A stretch of 63,944 nucleotides of DNA, filler included, from Folioceros fuciformis (taxonomy: Eukaryota), in the NCBI GenBank assembly GCA_049999805.1. It is 11 parts of 11 records of this genome, joined end to end, with 100 filler letters (N's around TTAATTAATTAA, not from the genome) between each part and the next. Parts side by side here need not be neighbours in the genome. Positions count along the whole stretch, not along the records: positions 48,849 to 57,802 come from JBNGIO010003459.1; positions 57,903 to 60,973 come from JBNGIO010003460.1; positions 61,074 to 62,307 come from JBNGIO010003463.1; positions 62,408 to 63,944 come from JBNGIO010003468.1; 7 more parts are not named here. One strand, written 5' to 3'. Of the stretch, positions 54,521 through 63,944 are shown piece after piece. Within the stretch, counting starts at the first letter, position 1. Each line of letters opens with the position of its first letter. The translations under genes and the position numbers were made by a program. The notes beneath the pieces were generated by a model, which saw only the letters and a program-made list of their open reading frames with translations, had not been told where the DNA came from and made no database searches.

Positions 54521-55974
54521 GGTGGTTTGGCGTGGGCAACAGTGTGATATTTTCCTCCTCTCTTATGGTGTCAACGTTTGTTTGTTGCTGCATAAGAAAA
54601 ACGGATGGCATGCTTTTTGCTGAACTTGGGTGTGGGTTGTGATCACCAGTGGCGGCTGGTTTTGCAATTTGGACCGTTGTAGCAGAGCTTTCTTTGACAC
54701 AGTCTGCAAGTAAGTAAGTAGAGGAGGGTTTGTCATGAAAATGAAAGGGAAGACTCTAATTTTGAAGGTTTTGTGAAGGGGTCAAGGCACGTGATGAGAG
54801 GCTGTTGTGTGCGGGACGTGCAAAAATTGAAGTTGCAAAAAGACGAGAAGACACGACAAGTGTGTGCTGCCTAGTTGTTGCCCATTGGCTCCCAACGGGC
54901 CTCCCTTTCCGCGGCTCTGCCCCCCCTCCTTTTCTCTGCTCTGTTGTGTTCTGTTCGCTGGTTTGCTGTGTGCTCTGCTCTTCCGAGCAGCAGTAGGAGA
55001 CTCTCAAGTCAACGGCCCGTAGAGATGCCCACCGTCTACACATGTAGGTACCTGTTACCAGCCCCAGTGAGCCGAGCAGTTAGGTTTATGTACGCCTTGT
55101 TCTCGAATCTGCCCGAAACTTATGCTGTACACACGCTGGTTTGTATGTGTGTATGGATGGCGTGAAAAGCCCACATTAGCCTGGATTTTGACATGGGCCT
55201 GAGGTGGCGAAGACGAGAGGCCAGGAGCGACAAGCGGCCTGACACATGTGCCCCCATGTAGCTCATGAAGGTGGCAGGTAGGATGCAATGTGAAAGCAAA
55301 GGAAGACAGCTGGGGAAAGGAAGCCAGGGAAGAGAAAGGAATGTTTTGTTTTTATTCCCTAGGTGCAGCTGCTGCTGTACTATTCCTTCCCTCTCTCCCC
55401 ACACCACGCCACTCCACACCTCACCTTACCTTGCCGCGCCCTACCCTCACCGTGCGGGCCTGACCCCTACCCCCTGCTCTCCATTTCCCTTGATGGGTGT
55501 TAGAGTGGGGGGGGGTACATTTATGCGTCTCCATCTAGGTGGTGTAGAGTCCGGGTAGGTATGGTGGGTACAGCTAGATACAGACCCTCCCCGAGAGTTA
55601 TGAGTGAGGACAACATTCAGATGTCCCGGGACAACACACAGATGCGCAGGCAGGCAGTACTACGTAAGGGGCACAGGCACAAGCACAGGCTCTCAGGCTC
55701 ACAGGCTCACAGGCACAGGCACAGCATCGGCGGCATCAGCAGAGGGCCAGCCAGTAGCAGCAGGAGGATAAAAATATACAAATCCTGCCACATTCATTGA
55801 TACAGGTCGCAGCAGGGGGGCAGGGGGCAGGATTCAGANNNNNNNNNNNNNNNNNNNNNNNNNNNNNNNNNNNNNNNNNNNNNNNNNNNNNNNNNNNNNN
55901 NNNNNNNNNNNNNNNNNNNNNNNNNNNNNNNNNNNNNNCTGCCTTGGTCAGCCCAGTACGGAAGGTGGGCGCGT

Positions 55975-56215
55975 TCCTCTCGTCTCCTCTCTGCTCCTCT
56001 CCTCTCCTCCCCTCTTCTCTCTTCTCCTCCGCAAGGCAGCCTGGAGCCTGCAGCCTACATCCTCTGCGCGTCGTGCTGCTATGTACTTCAACACCCCAAC
56101 GGCTCGGGCCGGGCCAGGCCAGGCCAGGCCAAGGCAGGGGCAGGCCAGGGCAGGGCAGGGCAGGCCAGGCCAGGCCAAGGCAGGGGCAGGCCAGGGCAGG
56201 CCAGGCCAGGCCAAA
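55975..56215 (+). repeat. Pentanucleotide microsatellite complex (CTCCT, then CCAGG/GCAGG)
   Basis: Direct runs of tctcc and gccag/ggcag units. Confidence 0.85.
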
Positions 56216-57079
56216 CTGGGCCCGGCCGGCATCGGCCCTGGGCATGGACAGAGCAGAGCAGGCTCCCATGAGATGAGCGCAAGCAGGCCACCCACCCGCA
56301 GCCCACGCTCCACCACCCTGGTCATGGTGGCCTGCTCCCTCCACCCTGGGCCGCCATGTGCCTTCGTCATGCCTGCCTCACCTCCTACCTGCTGCCCTGT
56401 CCTGCTGTGACACCATATCCATTCCCTTACTTTACCCACCGGCGCATTTCACCCCGGCTTGCCTTATTTTACGGGTTTCTATTTTTTATTCTTTTTTTTC
56501 GCTGGAAATTAGTGCGTACAGATATCTCCACCGACATCATACCATACCTTTTGCCTGCACATGGGATGGGGGACACACGAACCACCTGTTTGCTGCCAAC
56601 TTTGCACATTTGTACTTACGTGCACATGTATGTACATAATATTGGATAAGAGATTCGCTTGTCTATTACATTTCCTTATAGTGCCACTGCAAATTCCTCT
56701 ACCTTCCCTTCCCTTCCCTTCCCGTGCCTTTTGCTTTCCCTTCCAGGATTCAATGAAGGAAAAGTATAGCCTTGTACCCTTCCTATTGTCTAAATCATTT
56801 ACTACTTTTAGTATCGGTTTACAGTACTCTACTCAGTTAAAAAGAAAGCGAATGTATAAAATACGAATGAAATACCAGGTCTGGCTGAGATTTCACACCC
56901 TGGGAACTTGTAAATGTTCAAGCCGGTGTGGTGCGTGAAACTCATAAAAAGCACGGGCTTTGGTTTGCACGGGATGGGAAAGATGACAAGATTGCAGAAC
57001 ACAAGAAAGAGCAGAGCAGAGCATAGTAGAGTTTGCAAAGGAAAGGAAAGAGCAAGGAAGAAGAAGAAGAAGGGTTTAA

Positions 57080-57802
57080 TTAAGTGAGGTTATGCTCATC
57101 AAGGTCATCCGACACAGATACCAAGGCAGATAGGTTGCCTGTAGGCAGTTTTCTGGCTATCTTGAGAATGACGTGATCAAGCTGCGAAACCACACTGGTC
57201 TTAGTGATGATGTGTTTGATCTGGTCTTGGGAGCCATCCCTGTAGGCCGCAAGCAACTGTTCGGCGCACCTGTTGTATTCGCTGTTCAAGAACGCATCAA
57301 CGTTGACGCAGTCGTTGAAGCACTGTTCGGCGTCCTTGAGGTTCTCCGCGTAGAGGTAGACGATGATGGCGCTGAGGTAGGCCTTGCACTGAGTCTGCAC
57401 GGCGTGGCACTTATCCGCTCCCTGGCCCCATCGCAAGAGCACCGCGGCAGCATCCTGGTAGCGGGCCAGTTTGAGGAACAAGTTGGTGGCGGATCTGTAG
57501 GTCTCGAACGCCATCTGCTCCTTGTCCTCATCCTCCAGAATGACACACGAATCCAGATACATCTTCACAGCGTCGTCAGGGTTTCCGTCCTCCAGCGCCC
57601 TGGCCCCCTTGTGCAGGGCCTCCGCGGCTGGCTGGGGTTTCCCGCACGCCGTGTAGAGGTCGGCGGCCCGCCTGAACAAGTCGGCAACTTCCGCGTAGCT
57701 GCGGAGCTCCTTGGCCATGGCCCCCGCGGACTCGAGGTGCTTGGCCGCCTGCCATGGCGAGCCCAGGCGCTCGTGCCCTAGCGATGCCCGCTCGAAGCAT
57801 TC
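57080..57802 (-). CDS. Gamma-soluble NSF attachment protein (gamma-SNAP), 5'-truncated, visible part intronless
   Basis: ECFERASLGHERLGSPWQAAKHLESA, CGKPQPAAEALHKGARALE, QCKAYLSAIIVYLY, ARKLPTG and acidic tail DDLDEHNLT. Confidence 0.92.
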   Translation of the reverse strand, partial: ECFERASLGHERLGSPWQAAKHLESAGAMAKELRSYAEVADLFRRAADLYTACGKPQPAAEALHKGARALEDGNPDDAVKMYLDSCVILEDEDKEQMAFETYRSATNLFLKLARYQDAAAVLLRWGQGADKCHAVQTQCKAYLSAIIVYLYAENLKDAEQCFNDCVNVDAFLNSEYNRCAEQLLAAYRDGSQDQIKHIITKTSVVSQLDHVILKIARKLPTGNLSALVSVSDDLDEHNLT

Positions 57803-58297
57803 NNNNNNNNNNNNNNNNNNNNNNNNNNNNNNNNNNNNNNNNNNNNTTAATTAATTAANNNNNNNNNNNNNNNNNNNNNNNNNNNNNNNNNNNNNNNNNN
57901 NNAAGTCACACAACGACACAAGAACTCCACATCGCACCTCCACATTCGTGATTCAAACTTTAAGCGCCAAAACAAAAACCCTCACGACACCAGCAAGAAC
58001 CACAACACAGCATCCTGGGCAAAACCGCACAAGCAGCAGCAAGAGGCTCAACACAGAGCAAGAACGCCACATTACCGCTGCTGCACCAGGCCCCCTTCCC
58101 GCTCAGCCGCGAAATCCTGCAGCAGGAGCCCGCAATCCTCACGCGAGTGCAGGCGAGCTGATCCAGCATAAACCTGGAAATCGTGCAGTCGGCCACGTCG
58201 CGATCCACCAAAGGCAAGGCTCAGCCAGGCGGACACAACACAACACGCTGGAACGAGCAGCGCGGAAGCGGTGGGAAAACAAAGCGCCTAGACACAA

Positions 58298-58304
58298 ATT
58301 TATA
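58298..58304 (-). promoter_or_regulatory. Putative TATA box of a minus-strand gene whose leader runs off the scaffold end at 57903
   Basis: TATAAAT followed by a pyrimidine-rich leader and a TG-rich, intron-like stretch. Confidence 0.35.
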
Positions 58305-58458
58305 CGGTACAGAGCAACAGGGCTATACGTGTGGAGAAAACCATCTCCGAATGCACACAAAGTCGGGAGTTGTAGACCGGGCACTGGTACCCGCCCAAAG
58401 GACCGATTCGATTGGAGCAGCGAGCTCCAGGCTTATGGAGGCCCGTGAAACGCTGCTA

Positions 58459-59322
58459 CTAGCGTGGCATTGCAGTCCCTGTCTTAAGTGGTTGCCTCGC
58501 ACGATTTGAAATGCGAGCGCGCGCCTATACCCCACTGCGCGCGACTTCCCGCGCTGCCGTGGGTCCTTCTAGGTCCCACTCGTAGCTACAGTACTTCGCC
58601 ACAAAACCCAGATTCAAACGCGATTACGCGTATCATTTTTTGCGCGTGAGTATCAAGTATTTGCCGTGTAAGCTCGCTTACATTAATATCTCCAACATTC
58701 CATATTTCATACGATCCGCCAAGATATGACCATCCAAATATATATACTGGTCCCAGAAAAAAATCAACTCTCTATAGTCTCTCCGTATCCTTACAACATG
58801 TAACTTTATCCTATCTTCAGGAAAATCTTATTTTCAATTATTAAAAAAAAAAGATAGAAAGTCTTATCTACTCCAAAGATTAGACGAACAACCCCAGTAG
58901 GGCCAAAGGCCAAAAGGAGCATTAACCCTTTCGAATATCATTTTCTAAAACTAAAGGATCGCTAGAGGAGCCACATGGTGGAGGAGGAGAGGAGGACGCA
59001 AGGAGGAGATGAGAAAGAGGTCACACTCTCACACACAGAGTCTCTATCAACTTGCTCCTAGCGTGGCATTGCAATCCTTGTCTTAAATGGTTGCCTTGCA
59101 CAATTTGAAATGCAAGTGCGCGCCTGATACCCCACCGTGCTCGACTTCCCACGTTGCCGTGGATCCTTCCAGGTCTCACTCGAAGCTCCAGTACTTCGCA
59201 ACAAAACCTAGATTCAAACGCGATTACGTGTATAATCTACTCCAAAGATTAAAGCAACAACCCGAATAAGGCCAAAGACCAAAAGGAGCACTAGCCCCTT
59301 CGAATATCATCCTCAAAAACTA
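58459..59322 (+). repeat. Diverged local duplication: copy A 58459-58953, copy B 59058-59322
   Basis: Colinear from ctagcgtggcattgca to ttcgaatatca. Copy A has an extra segment of about 234 bp. Confidence 0.9.
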
Positions 59323-59760
59323 CCACTTGCTCCCAAAATGTCATGATGTCGAAACAACAAAAGGCCTACCTACCACTCGTCCTATCTTCCACCTTTTGTT
59401 TGCATTATTGTAAATAAAAGCGAAGAGAATATCCAAATCCAAATATTATGTTATATGTCCTTGTTTGTAATTTACTTAATAAATTACAAACTCATATTTA
59501 ACAGCCTTCTATCTCCAACGCCTTGGTCTAATTCATTTTCTTTTCCTTCCATCTTCNNNNNNNNNNNNNNNNNNNNNNNNNNNNNNNNNNNNNNNNNNNN
59601 NNNNNNNNNNNNNNNNNNNNNNNNNNNNNNNNNNNNNNNNNNNNNNNNNNNNNNNNTCATTTTTATAGTATACATCACGCAGGGCAAAGCTCAAATTTTT
59701 CTACATTTCTACAAAATTTTATGAATCGATTGAATCAAAATCGTCATGCTTATGTATTCG

Positions 59761-60912
59761 CTAAGAGTCGTCATCAAATCGTGCATGCTTCACTGCAACC
59801 CAGTCCTCCTCGTCGATACTAGTTTGTCGGTCTTTGCTTTGCTTCTGTTGTTCTTGTTCCTTAGCCTTCTTCTTTTGAAGACTTTCTTCTGCCTTCAAAA
59901 CGTGTTTCTTACAGTTCTTTTCGAGCTTTGCAAGCTGAACTCGTTGGCTCGTCTCCTAATATGGTTTGAGAAAGTTAACACCCAATATCACAGATACCTA
60001 ACTCATCTCAAGATTATGATACAAGTTTCGTGCAACAAACCTTCAACAATGTAATAAGGGCAATTTTACATCTTTGTAATATCTTCTCACTGGACTTGTC
60101 ATCACTCTGCATTTTTTTTTCCAATTTTAATTTTTCTTAAATCTACTAATTATTTATTATGTTGTAATATGGTTATTATAAAATATATTTTATTATTATT
60201 TAAATAATTAATTTCCATCCTCAGCTCAAATAAACTTACACAATAAAGCTCTCCTTCATGAATTTTATCCACCAATCGTTTTGTTCCCGTCAACATAGAG
60301 ATAAGATTTCCTGAATGTCTGGTCATTTGAAGCTTTTGTTTTTTATCTAACTGGTTTATGACATCCTTTGTTCCTTGAACAGTAGAGATTAATGTGCCAG
60401 CAAATAATCCTTGTTTGTGGGCATTTCCTAGAACCTCATGCAGGATATGGATACCCCCAATATTTCTCCTCATTGCCATTCGCTGATCAACGAATAATAT
60501 TAAAATTTCATAATATTTTTCAATAATTATTAATATTTAAATATATTAATAATAGTTAAAAAGACACCTTGTTTATTAAGCCAAAATGCACCTGCTCTCT
60601 AGTTAAGCCGGGCCTGAGTTCATGCTCCACAAGCTCTTTGAATATCTTTTGATAATATTGGCTATGTTTCTCCAGTTCAAGTAACTCTAGAAACGTTTCT
60701 CTCATACTATTTGTATTAAAAATCGAATTAATTTTCACCATCTCAACATCCATTTCACTCATTTCTTCCTTTGAGTCTATGATCTGAATTATTATCCCTT
60801 TAAAAATTAATATCACATATATTCTCATTTGAGATAAGGGTGACATTCAATAAAGTGATGACACAATCACCTTTTTCTCAACAAGCGCACCCACAGCATA
60901 TTCTTGTAACAT
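59761..60912 (-). CDS. Uncharacterised AT-rich five-exon gene, 245 aa visible. Exons 60912-60871, 60783-60592, 60482-60240, 60106-60041, 59955-59761
   Basis: Four GT-AG introns, all phase 0, give a stop-free product MLQEYAVGALVEKK/IIDSKEE...TREQ/RMAMRR...ELYC/SDDK...TLLK/ETSQ...DDDS*. Confidence 0.8.
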
Positions 60913-61245
60913 CTGGAAACACAATTCATTCCGTTGTGTAGTAAATCCTTTCTTTCAAGTAAAAATTATAACGNNNNNNNNNNNNNNNNNNNNNNNNNNN
61001 NNNNNNNNNNNNNNNNNTTAATTAATTAANNNNNNNNNNNNNNNNNNNNNNNNNNNNNNNNNNNNNNNNNNNNGCTCGCCGCCTTGCAATTCGTGTACCT
61101 CCGCTTCCCGATCTGCCCTCTTCAACCCATGCGGCCGGGAGACTCATGGACCTCAGGCGCCTGATTGCCATGCCGCTCCACCTCCAGGTCCAGCTTCAGA
61201 TTGCACCCTCCCTCAGGATTTGAGACGCTCCTTTCATCCCGCACA

Positions 61246-62239
61246 ATGTGGCAAGCCGCGTGGCTCGTGCCCCCGGGTGCAGGGCCAGCAGTAGGAGCGG
61301 GGGCAGGTGCGCCTGCAGGTGGAAGCAAGGCTTCCTCCTGCTCCACGCACGACTTCCTCTCTCGATACGGGGACGGATCCTCGCACCACGCTGACCACGC
61401 TTCTGCCCGAGGTCCGTCCGATTTCTCCTCCCTCTCATATTTGCATACTCCGCCTCTCCGACTGTGCGTCGGGCTCCGACTCCGGGATCGCACTGGATTC
61501 TGATTGCCTCTTGCTCTTTCGTGCTGTAATTCTGTCGAATGCCAACTCCCTCACCACCTTCTTGCCTTCCTCTTGCCACCTCCGCTCCGCCTGCACTACT
61601 GCTTCCCTTCTCCTCCCCNNNNNNNNNNNNNNNNNNNNNNNNNNNNNNNNNNNNNNNNNNNNNNNNNNNNNNNNNNNNNNNNNNNNNNNNNNNNNNNNNN
61701 NNNNNNNNNNNNNNNNNNTCCCCCTTCCCCTGTGACTCATGCGTCTTATCTCTTGCCTGCTCTTGTGCTTATGCATGTCCTCCGCCCCGATTCCCCTGCT
61801 CCGCTTGTCTTAATGGCTCCTGTATTCTGCTCCAGGAGCCTCGTCTCTCACCACGCAAGACTTCCTGCAGCCGCTGGAGAGGAACGGCAACGGCAACGCC
61901 AGCAGCCGGAGCGCCTTCCGGGACGGCCGAGTGCCTTCCACTTCGGACAAGACCATCGCCGGCCTTGACACTGCTCGGGATGCTGCGTCCGCTCTCGCCC
62001 CCGCAGCTGCCGATCGACTTGTGCCTCGCCATAACACCGCCTTCCCCAATCCCACCACCGCCCGCGCCAATGCCGCTCTGGACTCTGGTTCCAATTCCAT
62101 GTCCCGGAAGCTCACCGAAGGCGCCACTGTTCCTGACTCCGTCAGACCTGGCCCTTTCCACAATTCGCCGGCGCTCGCCACCAAGGACAGCAACAGCAAC
62201 GGCACCAGCAACAACATCAACAACAACATCAACAACCTC

Positions 62240-62273
<34 letters not shown>

Positions 62274-62307
62274 GGAATGAACATTCTCTTCTGCGCCACT
62301 GCGATGC
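61246..62307 (+). CDS. BIM (BES1-interacting Myc-like) bHLH N-terminal region, 3'-truncated. Exons about 61246-61411 and 61836 onward
   Basis: Paired motifs STHDFLSRY and TTQDFLQPLER match the recalled BIM N-terminus (THDFLSL...THDFLQPLE) and are joined by a phase-1 GT-AG intron. The bHLH domain is not in the window and the start codon is uncertain. Confidence 0.7.
62208..62273 (+). repeat. (AAC)n microsatellite encoding polyAsn
   Basis: Direct AAC run, in frame with BIM-like exon 2. Confidence 0.95.
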
Positions 62308-62657
62308 NNNNNNNNNNNNNNNNNNNNNNNNNNNNNNNNNNNNNNNNNNNNTTAATTAATTAANNNNNNNNNNNNNNNNNNNNNNNNNNNNNNNNNNNNN
62401 NNNNNNNGGGCCCGAGGTGACGGGGCAACGGTAGCCGGCAGGGCAACCGTTACTGGAGGGACGACTGGAGGTAGCCCGACGGGCGTAAGGGGAGAAAGCA
62501 GGCAGGGTATAAAAACCCTAGAGAAAGGGGGGCTCTGTCCAGCATCTGAAAGTACGGGGAGCGGGAGTAACTTGAAGCGTGAAGCGGCTGAAAGAGGGGA
62601 AAGCGCCAGGACAACGGGAGAGACGGCACAGGGTGTGAGAGGAGGAGGACAGGCAGG

Positions 62658-63944
62658 ATGAGGGCGCGGCCTGAACTGATCCTTGGAGCAGCAGCCTCTG
62701 GACAGGAGGGGGGGCCTCTTGTCCCCCGAATTGACCTACTCCTATGGCCCGATATGGAGCACTGGAGGGTCAGGGTAAGGAAGTTGGTGGCAGAGCGGGG
62801 TTTGAGCTTTATGACCCATAAGTGGAACCATGCAGCACCCCAGCTGGTCAAGGAGTGCGCCCTAAAGCTGATAGAGCCTGTACGCAAGGAGGGGATCAGA
62901 GGCAGACCCCAGGAATGGAGCCTAGAGTTGATTAGGAAGGTCTACAGGCGCGACCAACAGGAGGAGGGGGGACTGGTGCTGGAGTCCCTGAAGAAGTGTG
63001 GCGGGACGGGAGCCGCGGAAACGTTGCTCAAGGCAGGCACGAAAAAGGAAGCGAATGGGTGGCTGGTGCGCGACATGGCAAGTCCCCAGTTGTTGGGATT
63101 GACCAGGTGGTTCCTGAGCTTCTTCCGGGTGTGTAAACAGGATTATCTGTCCGACCAGATGCTCCTGTTTATGCATGAAGTAGTGAAGGGTACTAGAATC
63201 GACTGGGGTAGATTTTATATGTCCGGATGGATGAGGAGAGGCAGAACTTAATCCGACCCAATCTTGAACCTTCTATGATTTCCCCGTTCCTAATCCCTGT
63301 GTACAGTTACGCTAACCTAGTCATTGAGTTAGAAATGCTGGCCTCGCTGCACCTATGGAAGCCAGTTCGAGATGTGAAGTGGAAGCCCGCTGAGCCAGCA
63401 AGGGCTGCCTCCAGCAGTTGGGAAGCTGACAGTGGAAATAGCTCGCAGGAGGAAACCCCAGTCAAGCCCAGGAAGAGGATGGTGCTACAGAAGAAGACTC
63501 CTGTCAAGAGGAAAAGGGCCAGAGGACAANNNNNNNNNNNNNNNNNNNNNNNNNNNNNNNNNNNNNNNNNNNNNNNNNNNNNNNNNNNNNNNNNNNNNNN
63601 NNNNNNNNNNNNNNNNNNNNNNNNNNNNNGCTGATCAGGAGGAAGAGGGGGCAACCCTGGAGCAGAAGGGCCAGCAAGAGGGAGGACGAGAACCAGCAGT
63701 CCAGGGAATTGAGGACCGAAGGTAGGAGGAGCAAGGTCAGGGTGAGACAAGACCCGAGGGGCCACAGGATGAGGTGATGGCAGCGGACACAGTTTCCTCC
63801 AGACAGGAAGATAAGTTAGGGCGCGTTTCAGCACAGGAGGGTTTCTCAGGGTGGGAGGACATTTTCAGGTGCAAGCCTCAGGGAGACAGGTTGCAGATGG
63901 GGGACCTGGACAAGTTGCGAGAATTCCTGGGCAGACAAATCACG
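62658..63944 (+). mobile_element. Probable LTR-retrotransposon accessory ORF, frameshifted near 63230
   Basis: Intronless ORF with an NGW...L...GTRIDWG pattern followed by a charged low-complexity tail, resembling extra ORFs of non-chromovirus gypsy elements. Upstream TATAAAA at about 62508. Confidence 0.4.

Overview
Eukaryotic nuclear DNA from a land plant. The compact, gene-dense, short-intron organisation suggests a seed-free plant such as a hornwort or lycophyte (inference). The window is 11 scaffolds joined by ten artificial N-TTAATTAATTAA-N linkers, so genes on different pieces need not be neighbours. Recognisable genes: germin-like protein, intron-containing tRNA-Tyr(GUA), tryptophan synthase beta, a rhodanese-DSP-FHA phosphatase, a stand-alone fatty acyl-AMP ligase-like enzyme, a Gnk2/DUF26 secreted protein, a CDPK, a peroxisomal acyl-CoA oxidase, a large AT3G50370-like protein, EBS/SHL (partial), a MAPKKK, tRNA-Arg(ACG), an 11S-type bicupin with a tandem pseudogene, an intronless gamma-SNAP (partial) and a BIM-like bHLH N-terminus, plus retrotransposon debris. 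The best novelty candidates are the rhodanese+DSP+FHA architecture, a five-exon AT-rich orphan gene the ORF track misses (59761-60912), and the Gnk2-like gene in an AT-rich island between transposon-like DNA. I found no CRISPR array or other prokaryotic system. Family calls come from recalled motifs, not database searches.
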